Notes: a model not told the origin generated them from the sequence alone. A stretch of 64,000 nt of DNA from a bacterium (GCA_029099845.1 JAQXOT010000014.1:8879-72878); one strand, 5' to 3'; positions 1 to 10,078 are shown, numbered from the stretch's first letter. A program made the numbers and translations.

Positions 1-1318
1 AAACAGTTCCATATAATGGTTCTGTTCTTGTTGCAATGTCAGAAACATTAATTGTTCTATAGATTGGTATAGTTTTTGTTACTATTTCACCACAATTAGC
101 AACTACTTCTGTAGATGAGCTTACTGGAGTTGCTGTTGTAGAGCTTACTTCAGACATATTTCCAGTATATGTATATTCGTCATATACGAAGTTTGGTAAT
201 GTTTGACATGTTGATTGACAATAACTGTAATCAGCACCTACAAATACATAATATTTGCCGTTTGAACTTGTTGGTGGATTAGTATAAGTATTTCTACCAC
301 CATAATTCCAACCGCCAACATTTTTTTGAGTATATTTTGTTACAGTATTTATTACTGTATAAGTTTTTGTAACTGCATATGTTTTTGAATTTATAATAAC
401 ATATTCCCAATTGGCACATGATTTTTCCTCATATGAACCTACTTGAACTTGTTTACTGCTTGTTGCAACATATTCTTTTTCATATGTACCAATTTGTTCT
501 TTACGGTCATATCTTTTTAGTTCTTGTGAACATTTAGGATCGTTTTCAGCACATGTTATAGCTTCTGTTGAACAGCTTGTTTTTTCATATTGTGTCCATT
601 TTGACCATTCGCTAAATGTTGCCCCTGTTGTTTTAGCATATTCATACTCATATTCTTTTTCTTCAGATGGTTTTTCAGGCTCTGGCTCTGGTTCTGGGTC
701 TGGCACTGGAATTGGATCTGGTTGTGGTGTTGGCTGTGGTACTACTTCTGGAGTTGGTTCTTTTTCTGGATTAGTAGTAGGTTTTTCATCTTTTGCTCCT
801 TTTATTGGAACGTTAGTATCCTTTTCACAAATATAACCTTCACAGTAGTCATAGCAACCTAAATGAACTAATATATAATCTTCTGTTTCACTATCTTTTA
901 GATTAACCTTTAAAATGTACTCATCATCAGTTTTAGTAATCTTAACGTAGCTTTTTTCTACATCAACAGCATTGTTGTTTTTATCAATCAAAGGTGTAAT
1001 AATTTTCTTACCAATCATATCACTTAAAGTCATTGTATCTGAATCTCCAACTTCTTTAGGTAATCTTTCATTGGTGTAATATGAAATTGCTGCATCTTTC
1101 ATTCTTTCAATATTGTCATAAAAAATTTGCGATGCTAAAGCATTTATTTCTTCTTTATTGATAGTTGAATTATTGTTTTCTAAATTTTTATTAATAGCTG
1201 GTGTAATAAATTTAGGTAATAACCAAACTAACAAAAAGACAAATATTATAATTAATATTAGTTTTAATAAGAAGTCTCTAAATGGAAAACCTCTTTTTTC
1301 ATACTCCTCATTATACAT
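1..1318 (-). CDS. N-terminally membrane-anchored, Cys-rich secreted protein with a Pro/Glu/Thr-rich linker. The 3' end runs off the window and the gene is absent from the ORF track.
   Basis: I translated the minus strand by hand from the ATG at 1318 (MYNEEYEKRGFPFRDFLLKLILIIIFVFLLVWLLPKF...). A GAGGGGGAG SD lies just upstream. The frame stays open to base 1 (about 439 codons, checked codon by codon). The PTPEVVPQPTPQPDPIPVPDPEPEPEPEKP linker is encoded at about 660-780. Confidence 0.6.
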   Translation of the reverse strand, partial: MYNEEYEKRGFPFRDFLLKLILIIIFVFLLVWLLPKFITPAINKNLENNNSTINKEEINALASQIFYDNIERMKDAAISYYTNERLPKEVGDSDTMTLSDMIGKKIITPLIDKNNNAVDVEKSYVKITKTDDEYILKVNLKDSETEDYILVHLGCYDYCEGYICEKDTNVPIKGAKDEKPTTNPEKEPTPEVVPQPTPQPDPIPVPDPEPEPEPEKPSEEKEYEYEYAKTTGATFSEWSKWTQYEKTSCSTEAITCAENDPKCSQELKRYDRKEQIGTYEKEYVATSSKQVQVGSYEEKSCANWEYVIINSKTYAVTKTYTVINTVTKYTQKNVGGWNYGGRNTYTNPPTSSNGKYYVFVGADYSYCQSTCQTLPNFVYDEYTYTGNMSEVSSTTATPVSSSTEVVANCGEIVTKTIPIYRTINVSDIATRTEPLYGTV

Positions 1319-1457
1319 ATAAATCTCCCCCTCACTTGTCAAGTACATATTTTAGCACAAACATAGTGCTTTGTCAATCATTTGATAAATATGCTAACTA
1401 TATTTTTTAAGAATTAATTATAAAAAAAGAAAGTAAATTTATTATAAATTCAATTTC

Positions 1458-1727
1458 TTAATTATTAATATCTAAATGTTTTATTTCAACAATTGTGCTA
1501 CCACTATTAAAATTATCAATTTTATAGGAAAAAACATATTTGTTATTTTTTAGAGTCTCTTGGGTTGTTTTTCTAATAATTCCAGTACCTATTCCATGAA
1601 TTATTATGACTTTGTAATTTTTTTGAATATAGTTGTCATAAATAAATTCGTTTATTAGTATTCTAGCGTAATCTCTATCTAGGCCATGGAGGTCTAGTTG
1701 TGGTAAGTTTTTATATAATGTTATCAT
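1458..1727 (-). CDS. Stand-alone Smr (small MutS-related) domain protein
   Basis: LDLHGL...HGIGTGIIR signature in an 89-aa ORF. It overlaps the stop of the upstream kinase gene by 17 nt. Confidence 0.7.
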   Translation of the reverse strand: MITLYKNLPQLDLHGLDRDYARILINEFIYDNYIQKNYKVIIIHGIGTGIIRKTTQETLKNNKYVFSYKIDNFNSGSTIVEIKHLDINN

Positions 1728-2607
1728 ACTCTAAAACTTCTTTTAATTCTGGAATGGAAAACCTTGACCCTACTCTAGTAACAGAAATCCCGGCGGTAAT
1801 TGAGGCATAGTGTATGGCATCTTTTAATGAATAGTTGTTACTTATAAAATATGTAAAAGCTCCATGAAATATGTCACCTGCGCCTGTTGAATCAATAGCT
1901 TTTACTGTGATACTTGGGATTTGTTCATATTTTCCATCAATCATAGTGAAAGAACCCTTGACTTCTAGGGTGATGATAATATTTGTTTGAAAATATTCTT
2001 TTAATTTTTCATAGCAGTATATTATTGTACTAGGATTGTTGTAATCAATCTTTGTTTGAGCAAATTCTTCAGCATAATCTTTGGAACAAACAAAATATTT
2101 TACTAATTTACCAATTGCTTTGGTATTATCATTTACACGGCCAGCATCTAAAACACTTATAGCATTTGGGTTGGCTTTTAAGACTTCTATTGCAGTTTGG
2201 GCATGCTCTCCATCAACTAAAATTACGTCAGCTTTAGTGGTTATTGGTTGAGATAATTTGTCAATTGTTTTATCTTTAGCACTAATAATCGTCCGACTTC
2301 CATTGCTGGTATTAGCAATTATATAACTACTTGATGTGAAATGATTTTCCATTTTTTCTAAATATGTTGTATCAGCACCAATTGTTTTAAAATCATTAAC
2401 AATTCTATCACCGTAGTAATCATTTCCTACTACTGAAGCTATAGTAGTATCCATCCCCCATTTAGCAAGTAAATATGCTCCGTTTGAGGCTGGGCCACCG
2501 CCACATTCAATGCATTTTGGTATACGATATTTTATATTTTCAGTTGGATATTCATCCATTGGAAGGGTTGTATCAAATGTTGAGTGTCCAACACAAATTA
2601 CTTTCAT
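1711..2607 (-). CDS. PfkB/ribokinase-family carbohydrate kinase
   Basis: GGGPASNGA near the N-terminus and the DSTGAGDIFHGAF ATP-site motif near the C-terminus. Length is 298 aa. Confidence 0.85.
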   Translation of the reverse strand: MKVICVGHSTFDTTLPMDEYPTENIKYRIPKCIECGGGPASNGAYLLAKWGMDTTIASVVGNDYYGDRIVNDFKTIGADTTYLEKMENHFTSSSYIIANTSNGSRTIISAKDKTIDKLSQPITTKADVILVDGEHAQTAIEVLKANPNAISVLDAGRVNDNTKAIGKLVKYFVCSKDYAEEFAQTKIDYNNPSTIIYCYEKLKEYFQTNIIITLEVKGSFTMIDGKYEQIPSITVKAIDSTGAGDIFHGAFTYFISNNYSLKDAIHYASITAGISVTRVGSRFSIPELKEVLEYDNII

Positions 2608-2851
2608 ATTTCTATCCTCCTATTTTTCAATTATATCACGGTTATTTAGGAATATAAAGGTAAAAATCTAAAAGTAGTTATAAATTAGTATAAAAAGCTA
2701 AGTAATTTATGTATAAGAAAAAATTAATTATCGTTTATAAAATTATTACTTAATGATCAAGATTAGCAAAATATTGATCTAGCTAAATTATTAAACTAGT
2801 TTAGTAGTTAGTTGCTATACTGCAATTATAATTTTTAATTTGCTTATAAAC

Positions 2852-3262
2852 TTAGAGATGCTTTTTTCTTAATATGACTATTGATACTACTGTCATTAAT
2901 ATAGCAGGAGTTAAATACTTTAAGCACTTTGTTAAAACATTTATATAAAATGGAGCTGAGTTCATATACCAATTTAGCCAATCAATATTTAAAACTATGA
3001 TTAGCATTAATATTAAAAGGAGTGCAATAAATATTAGTAAAATTGCAATTAGTGAAAAGATGGGTATTTTTATTTTATTTTTAATTTTAGAGGATATATA
3101 AATAAAGGTTATTAATATGTATTCAATTATACTAAATATTGATATTAAATAGCTAAACGTGAAAATAGTTGGTTTAGTTTCAAAGTGATATAACATTAGA
3201 GTTTCAGATATGATAAGTGTTATTAGTAGTATTATTGATGATATTATAATACTTTTTTTCAT
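2852..3262 (-). CDS. Small polytopic membrane protein, unknown function
   Basis: Four hydrophobic segments. An AGGGGAGA SD overlaps the stop of the upstream gene, consistent with translational coupling. Confidence 0.5.
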   Translation of the reverse strand: MKKSIIISSIILLITLIISETLMLYHFETKPTIFTFSYLISIFSIIEYILITFIYISSKIKNKIKIPIFSLIAILLIFIALLLILMLIIVLNIDWLNWYMNSAPFYINVLTKCLKYLTPAILMTVVSIVILRKKHL

Positions 3263-3274
3263 GTTATTCTCCCC

Positions 3275-4138
3275 TTATTTTTCATTATTTTTCTCATTAT
3301 ATTCAAACGTTTTAATTTCATTATTAATTTTAATTGTTAATTTGGTATCATTGCATGATATGATATCGATTTTATCAAAGGAATTATCATAACTTGAAAT
3401 AAGCATTATAGTGTTATCACCAGGATTATATGTGTAATTTTGATATAAATCTGATTCATCAACGGGAGAGCCACAAGCACAGTAATATGAAAATTGACCT
3501 GTTTTGGAAAAAAATAGTGTTTCTTTGTCACTAGGCGTTTCTCGAGTCCATTCTTTATCAACAAAATTATATTTATTAGGATCGATTTCTTCTATATATG
3601 CTATATATTTAGGGTTTTCATCACTAAAACCAATTTGAATAACTAGTAAATTTTCAATATTATAAATAAACATATTTTCAATTTTAGAGGAAATTTTATA
3701 TGTTATGACATCATAGTTATCAGGTAGACTATAACGTCTATTTAATTCTAAAGCAATTTTATTTTTTATAAGTTCATCCAAATTAATATTATGCTCATTT
3801 TCTATAATATGGGCATTTTTAATAACTTTTTTAATATAATTCTCACTCAAATAATATTCTTTCTCACAAAGATTTCCATCTTCGTAATCCATGATAAATA
3901 ATTTAAAAAATAAAAATTCTTTTAACTCAATGTTTTTAATAGTAATATTTCTTTTTTTATTATATGATACCCCATCATCATAGCAAGAATTTTCTTCCCA
4001 ACTAGTATAGTCTTCACTATAAGAATAAACATAAAGTTTGCCGTTTTTTTGATATTCAATATGAGGGTAAATAATTAGAGCTAAACATATTGTTAATAAA
4101 ATAATTCCAATTATAATAAATATTCTTTTTTTTTGCAT
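3275..4138 (-). CDS. Signal-anchored hypothetical protein
   Basis: N-terminal MQKKRIFIIIGIILLTICLALII hydrophobic segment and an AGAGGAGA SD. I recognise no family. Confidence 0.55.
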   Translation of the reverse strand: MQKKRIFIIIGIILLTICLALIIYPHIEYQKNGKLYVYSYSEDYTSWEENSCYDDGVSYNKKRNITIKNIELKEFLFFKLFIMDYEDGNLCEKEYYLSENYIKKVIKNAHIIENEHNINLDELIKNKIALELNRRYSLPDNYDVITYKISSKIENMFIYNIENLLVIQIGFSDENPKYIAYIEEIDPNKYNFVDKEWTRETPSDKETLFFSKTGQFSYYCACGSPVDESDLYQNYTYNPGDNTIMLISSYDNSFDKIDIISCNDTKLTIKINNEIKTFEYNEKNNEK

Positions 4139-4588
4139 ACAATTCTCCTCTTATTTAAGATTTTTTTAACTAGTTTTGAAAAAACTATGAAATATTTAGG
4201 AAGCATTAATAATTTAGCTTACCTTAAAATGCATATTACTCTTTATTTTGAAAAGGAAACTATAATAATTACTACTATAATTTTTTAATTAATTTTATTC
4301 TTTAGTAATTTAATTATAATATGTATTTATTGAATAAACAACTATTAGACATAATATTAGATATTATCTTTTTTTATGTTGATTATTTTTGCAAAATTTA
4401 GGCACTTTAATAATTAACTTTATTATAAAAAATAGGGCTCTATCCGAAAATAGACCCCTTACAAAAATGATTTAACATTTTTTCCTTGCATAGATGATAT
4501 ATCATAAAATTTTTCTATGTCAAACTATTGGCCCGACAATTTTTGACATAGAACTAAATCTTCTTTAATCGATGATTCATAACAATAA

Positions 4589-5176
4589 TTATTCATATTC
4601 CCATGATATTGTATATTTTTTTTCAGAAATTCCGCTAAATTGATTAATATTTTCTTCGATTAATACTTTAGCTCTCTTTTGTGCAATATTTAATAAACTT
4701 TCATCAGATGAAGCATCCTCTTTCATATTTTTTTGTGCTTTGTCAAAAGCAGCTGCAGAATCGTTTGCAGTTATTGGATTTTTATTTAATCCTTCTTTTG
4801 TTTCTATAAAGTTTTCATCCTTAAAATCTTCTTTATCAACATTTGGTTCTCCAATTACCTTTGCTTTTGGTATTGTAACATTTATTTCGTTTCCTTTTAC
4901 CTCAATTTTTACTTTAGACATATCTATTCCTAATTTTATTGTCCCAGTATATTCTGCAAATAATTTTCTGTCTTTCTCAAATAAATGTGTTATCCCTGAA
5001 CCTGCTTCTTTTTCTATTTCTATTATATTATGAAAATAAGCCTCATATGTCACCAAATTACCTGTAAGTTCCATTTTTTTTATATTCTCAGATAAATTTT
5101 CTATTTTGCCAGAATCACAACCTGTTAGACATAAAGTAACAATTAATAAACAAATAATTAAATTTCTTTTTCTCAT
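4589..5176 (-). CDS. DUF4230-like lipoprotein
   Basis: Start refined to the ATG at 5176 (GAGGTG SD 6 nt upstream). The track start at 5185 is a GTG inside the SD. Lipobox LCLTGC. The body (TGTIKLGIDMSKVKIEVKGNEINVTIPKAKV) resembles DUF4230 as I recall it. Confidence 0.6.
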   Translation of the reverse strand: MRKRNLIICLLIVTLCLTGCDSGKIENLSENIKKMELTGNLVTYEAYFHNIIEIEKEAGSGITHLFEKDRKLFAEYTGTIKLGIDMSKVKIEVKGNEINVTIPKAKVIGEPNVDKEDFKDENFIETKEGLNKNPITANDSAAAFDKAQKNMKEDASSDESLLNIAQKRAKVLIEENINQFSGISEKKYTISWEYE

Positions 5177-5191
5177 AAAATTCACCTCAAA

Positions 5192-5823
5192 CTACTTAAC
5201 TTCTACTTTATATTCATCGTTGTATGCTTTAATCCATTGAGAATAAAATTCTTCTAAGACAACTCTTGCCTGCTCTTTTGCAGCTGGTAACAATTTTTCA
5301 TCAGACTTACTTTTATTTTTTATTGTATCCGAGCATAAATTTCTTGCATTAGGCAATTCATCTGCAGAAACATCTTCATTTAAAAATTTTACCGAACTAA
5401 CACTTGGATTTTCGTTTAATGTAGCCTCTGGAAGGGTAACTGTTATTATTTCCTTATTATTATCAACATCTATTTTTACTTTTTTGAAATCAATTCCTGC
5501 TGTTATTGTTCCTTTGCATGAAACAACATATTTGAAATCATCAATATCATTTGATTTTAAATCACATTTTTCTTTTTCTTTACATTTTTAGCTATTACAT
5601 TATATGTAAAACTTACTGTCTCTAAATCGCTTTTCTCGACAACCTTATCCAAAGAAGATTTAACAATATTTTTTGTTTTTCCTTCTTTACTTGTTAATAC
5701 GGAGATAAGGATTACCCCTATTACTAAAATAATAATCATTGTTAGAATAATAGGGACTTTACTTTTTACCTTATTTTCAACTTTTACTTCCATTTCTTCA
5801 TTTTTAGAATCTTCTTTTTTCAT
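5192..5823 (-). pseudogene. DUF4230-like paralogue split by a 1-nt frameshift in an A-rich tract
   Basis: The N-terminal part runs 5823 to 5557 (ATG at 5823 with an AAGGAGTG SD and a TM anchor). It stops at 5557-5559. The C-terminal part continues in another frame to the TAG at 5192-5194, has no Met, and so is absent from the track. It reads KCDLKSNDIDDFKYVVSCKGTITAGIDFKKVKIDVDNNKEIITVTLPEATL..., paralogous to the downstream gene. One extra A in the A5 run (plus-strand T5 at 5567-5571) restores a single ORF. Confidence 0.6.
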
Positions 5824-5923
5824 ACTTCTCACTCCTTACAATATATAGCATGTTTTTTTCGCGAATTAATTCTATTTATTACATTATATCTTATATCACT
5901 TTTTTATTATTTTTCTTAATGTC

Positions 5924-7126
5924 CTAATTCATTTCTAAATAAATATTTTTATCATCAAAATATATTTCTTTAGTATTGTTATATATTAAATTAATTTTTT
6001 CTATTTGATTAATAAATGGTTTTGATTTTGAATCTTTAATATCACTGAATTTATCAGCAAATTTATTTTTGAAATCGTCTCCCGATCTTTTCAAATTATC
6101 TCCTTTTTCATTTAACCAATTATCAACGTTTTTAACCTTAGCTTTTTCAGCTAAATTACCAATTGCCTTACCGGCACTACCTAAACCTTGTAGTAAATTC
6201 CCTTCTAATGATTTATCGGCAATTTTTTTTATATATTCTAATGCCTTATTATAATTTTTTAAGTATTCAGTATCTAACTCGTCTAATTCATTTTTTTTAG
6301 TTAATAAATAATCACTATTATAATTACCTAATAATAAAATTTCCATAAAAGTTGAAAATGAATATACATATAAAGATAATCTATAATATCTAAATTCTTT
6401 TTGAATATCTTCAATTATATTATTCATAGTAGAATTCGTTGTAATTATTTTTGATTTTGATAAATTTTCTTGTATTTCTTTTTTATAAAATAGCATATTT
6501 TTATTTGCAGTTCTTTTTATATCCATAACTTGCTTATAATTATTTGATAGATACTTTTCATCTTCTAAATTGAATTTAAAATCGGTTATTGATTTATTTA
6601 ATATTTCTAAATCCGATTCTATTTCAGCTTCTTTATCATGTTGTAAAAAATTATAAATGTTTTTACTTATTTCTTTTATTTCTCCAAGTTCCGCTTCGAT
6701 TCCAGCTAAAGCAACAGACATCATCATCATCGGTGGATCTAAAGACATAATATTACCTGAATTAACTTCTTTTAATTTAGCCATTGTTGACGTTCCATCA
6801 TTTCTTTTTATTGCACCCCAAAATGTTTTTCCATCTCGCATTGCTTTCAAACTGTCATTTTTTCCCATATTAGTAATTCTATATAATTTACCATTTGTTA
6901 TATGATTGTTTTCTACAACATTTTTTACTGCTGTGGCTGTTGGGGCAGTAATTGGACTTAGTTTAGCCAGTGAAGTTAATGAAATTGCATAAGAACTTTT
7001 AGCAAGTTCTTCTTTTCTAACTTCAGAAAGCATATAATTATTCATTTCAACTAAACTATAATCGTATTGTTCCTCTGTTTTTAAAGATTCATTTTTTATC
7101 TTTTTTAATTTAGCAAAAATACCCAT
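5924..7126 (-). CDS. 400-aa predominantly helical hypothetical protein
   Basis: GAGGTG SD, no signal peptide, PPMMMMSVALAGIEAEL segment, and a C-terminal GLGSAGKAIGNLAEKA glycine-zipper-like segment. I recognise no family. Confidence 0.6.
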   Translation of the reverse strand: MGIFAKLKKIKNESLKTEEQYDYSLVEMNNYMLSEVRKEELAKSSYAISLTSLAKLSPITAPTATAVKNVVENNHITNGKLYRITNMGKNDSLKAMRDGKTFWGAIKRNDGTSTMAKLKEVNSGNIMSLDPPMMMMSVALAGIEAELGEIKEISKNIYNFLQHDKEAEIESDLEILNKSITDFKFNLEDEKYLSNNYKQVMDIKRTANKNMLFYKKEIQENLSKSKIITTNSTMNNIIEDIQKEFRYYRLSLYVYSFSTFMEILLLGNYNSDYLLTKKNELDELDTEYLKNYNKALEYIKKIADKSLEGNLLQGLGSAGKAIGNLAEKAKVKNVDNWLNEKGDNLKRSGDDFKNKFADKFSDIKDSKSKPFINQIEKINLIYNNTKEIYFDDKNIYLEMN

Positions 7127-7214
7127 CTCTACACCTCATATTTATTATACACCTAAAATAGATATAATTTTTATTAACTTACCTTATTCTTATCGCATAT
7201 TTTTCATTTCAATC

Positions 7215-7257
7215 AAAAAAAAGATTGAAATTTATGGGTAAGTATCAATTTCAATCT
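7215..7257 (-). terminator. Rho-independent terminator of ppdK
   Basis: An 11-bp stem (7222-7232 pairs with 7247-7257) with a 14-nt loop, followed on the minus strand by a T8 run (plus-strand A8 at 7215-7222). Confidence 0.6.
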
Positions 7258-7379
7258 TTTAAAATATTATTTTTTAATCGAATTTATTATATGTATGAAT
7301 TAGAAGTAAGTTTAATCATTCATTCAATACACTATTTTTCCCTTTATTTTAAAGGGTTTAGGTAGAAATTTAAATCTAA

Positions 7380-10016
7380 TTACTTTCTATCCCCATTTTT
7401 GATTGCGGCTTGTGCTGCAGCTAATCTAGCAATAGGTACTCTAAATGGTGAACAAGATACATATGTTAATCCTACTTTATGGCAGAATTCAATAGTTGAT
7501 GGATCTCCACCATGTTCGCCACAGATACCTAGTTTAATATCAGGTCTTGTTTTGCGTCCTAATTCGGTTGCCATTTTTACTAATTTTCCAACACCATTTT
7601 GATCTAGTTTAGCAAATGGATCTGATTCGTAAATTTTATTAGCATAATATGAATCTAAGAATTTGCCAGCATCATCTCTTGAAAAACCAAATGTCATTTG
7701 AGTTAAATCGTTTGTACCGAATGAGAAGAATTCTGCAGATTCAGCAATTTCATCCGCTAATAAAGCGGCTCTTGGAATTTCGATCATTGTACCAATGTGG
7801 TATTGAATATTAGAAGATTTTTCTTTTTTAACTTCTTCAGCTGTTTCTACAACAATATTTTTTACAAAGTCTAGCTCTTTCTTTTCTCCAACAAGAGGAA
7901 TCATAATTTCTGGAACAATTTCATAGCCCTCTTCTTCTGTTACTTCAATAGCAGCTTCTATTAAAGCTCTAGTTTGCATCTTAGCAATTTCTGGGTAAGT
8001 AACAGCTAAACGACAGCCTCTGTGTCCCATCATTGGATTGAATTCGTGTAAATCATTAATTTTATTTTTCAAAGCTTCTTCAGAAACATTCATTTCAAGA
8101 GCTAAGGCCTTGATATCTTCTTCAGCTGTTGGTAAGAATTCATGTAGAGGTGGGTCTAAATAACGGACTGTCATTGGTAGACCTTTTAATTCCTTATACA
8201 TTGCTTTGAAGTCACCTTTTTGGAATGGTATTAATTCTGCTAAAGCTACTTCACGTGCTTCAACAGTCTCTGATAAGATCATTTTACGAATTTTTGGAAT
8301 TCTTTCAGCATCGAAGAACATGTGTTCAGTACGACATAAACCAATTCCTTCAGCACCTAATTTAACAGCATTTCTTGTATCTCTTGGATTGTCAGCATTT
8401 GTTCTTACTTTTAAAGTACGATATTTATCAGCCCATTCCATAATACGGCCAAAGTTTCCAGAAACAGTTGCTTCTTCAGTATCAATTTCGCCTTTATAAA
8501 TTTTTCCTGTTGATCCGTCTAAAGAAATATAATCACCTTTCTTAAATGTGTAACCACCTAAAGTAAACTCTTCTTTTTCTTCATTTATCTTAATGGCTCC
8601 ACAGCCAGATACACAGCAAGTTCCCATTCCACGAGCTACTACGGCAGCGTGTGATGTCATTCCACCACGAACTGTTAAAATACCTTGAGCAGCAACCATA
8701 CCTTCAATATCTTCTGGTGTAGTTTCAAGTCTTACTAATATTACTTTTTCACCTTTACCACCGATTCCTAGTTCTTTAGCTTCTTCAGCTGTAAAGACAA
8801 CTTTTCCAGTTGCTGCACCAGGAGATGCTGGTAGAGCTTCACCTATTACTTCTCCATTTTTCAAAGCCTCTTTGTTAAAGTTTGGATGTAATAATTGATC
8901 TAGTGATTTTGCTTCAATTCTTGTAATAGCTTCTTCTTCGGTAATCATTCCTTCATCTACTAAATCGCAAGCTATATTAATAGCAGCTTGAGCTGTTCTT
9001 TTACCATTTCTAGTTTGTAAGAAATATAATTTTCCTTCTTGAATAGTAAATTCCATATCTTGCATATCGCGATAATGGTTTTCAAGTTTATGAGCTAATT
9101 CCATGAATTCTTGATAACATTCAGGTAAATCTTCAGCTAATTTAGAAATTGGTTGTGGAGTTCTGACACCAGCAACAACATCTTCTCCTTGAGCATTGAT
9201 TAAGTATTCACCATAGATACCTTTTTCTCCGGTTGATGGGTTACGAGTAAATGCAACACCAGTTCCAGAGGTATCCCCCATATTTCCAAATACCATTGAC
9301 TGAACATTTACAGCAGTTCCCCAACTACTTGGGATATCGTTCATACGACGATAAACAATGGCACGTGGATTATCCCATGAACGGAATACAGCTTTTACAG
9401 CTCCAAGTAATTGTTCTTTTGGATCTTGTGGGAATTCTTCACCGTTCATGTTTTCTTTGTATACTTCTTTGAATCTTACTACTAATTCTTTTAAATCATC
9501 AACTGTTAATTCAGTATCGTAGTGAACACCTTTGGCTTCTTTTACCTCATCAATAATTTTTTCAAAATATGATTTTGGTACTTCCATAACAACATCTGAA
9601 TACATTTGAATGAAACGACGATATGAATCATATGCAAATCTTGGGTTGGCAGTTTTTGCTGCAAATCCTTCAACAGCTTCATCATTCAATCCTAAGTTAA
9701 GAATTGTATCCATCATACCTGGCATTGAAGCTCTAGCTCCACTTCTTACAGATACTAATAGTGGGTCACTATTATCGCCAAACTTCTTTCCTTGAATTTT
9801 TTCAAGTTCTTTCAATGCGGTAAAGATCTGTTCTTCTATTTCTTTGGAAATAGTCTTATTATTGTTGTAATATTCTGTACAGGCTTCTGTTGTAACAGTA
9901 AAACCTTGAGGTATTGGTAAACCTAAATTAGTCATTTCTGCTAAATTAGCTCCTTTTCCTCCTAGAAGATTACGCATATCTTTACTACCTTCAGTAAATA
10001 AATATACATATTTCAT
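7380..10016 (-). CDS. ppdK: Pyruvate, phosphate dikinase
   Basis: MKYVYLFTEGSKDMRNLLGGKGANLAEMT N-terminus, the GGMTSHAAVVARGMG phospho-His loop, and a PEP-utiliser C-terminal domain. Start refined to the ATG at 10016 behind an AGGAGGA SD. The track start at 10088 adds 24 unsupported residues. Confidence 0.95.
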   Translation of the reverse strand: MKYVYLFTEGSKDMRNLLGGKGANLAEMTNLGLPIPQGFTVTTEACTEYYNNNKTISKEIEEQIFTALKELEKIQGKKFGDNSDPLLVSVRSGARASMPGMMDTILNLGLNDEAVEGFAAKTANPRFAYDSYRRFIQMYSDVVMEVPKSYFEKIIDEVKEAKGVHYDTELTVDDLKELVVRFKEVYKENMNGEEFPQDPKEQLLGAVKAVFRSWDNPRAIVYRRMNDIPSSWGTAVNVQSMVFGNMGDTSGTGVAFTRNPSTGEKGIYGEYLINAQGEDVVAGVRTPQPISKLAEDLPECYQEFMELAHKLENHYRDMQDMEFTIQEGKLYFLQTRNGKRTAQAAINIACDLVDEGMITEEEAITRIEAKSLDQLLHPNFNKEALKNGEVIGEALPASPGAATGKVVFTAEEAKELGIGGKGEKVILVRLETTPEDIEGMVAAQGILTVRGGMTSHAAVVARGMGTCCVSGCGAIKINEEKEEFTLGGYTFKKGDYISLDGSTGKIYKGEIDTEEATVSGNFGRIMEWADKYRTLKVRTNADNPRDTRNAVKLGAEGIGLCRTEHMFFDAERIPKIRKMILSETVEAREVALAELIPFQKGDFKAMYKELKGLPMTVRYLDPPLHEFLPTAEEDIKALALEMNVSEEALKNKINDLHEFNPMMGHRGCRLAVTYPEIAKMQTRALIEAAIEVTEEEGYEIVPEIMIPLVGEKKELDFVKNIVVETAEEVKKEKSSNIQYHIGTMIEIPRAALLADEIAESAEFFSFGTNDLTQMTFGFSRDDAGKFLDSYYANKIYESDPFAKLDQNGVGKLVKMATELGRKTRPDIKLGICGEHGGDPSTIEFCHKVGLTYVSCSPFRVPIARLAAAQAAIKNGDRK

Positions 10017-10049
10017 TTTAAAATTCCTCCTATGTCTTTGTACTTCTTT

Positions 10050-10078
10050 AGTATAACAAGCCTTTATTTTTAGGACAA
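10050..10078 (-). promoter_or_regulatory. Putative sigma-A promoter of ppdK
   Basis: The minus strand reads TTGTCC, 17 nt, TATACT, with a TGT extended -10. It sits about 35 nt upstream of the ppdK ATG. Confidence 0.35.
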
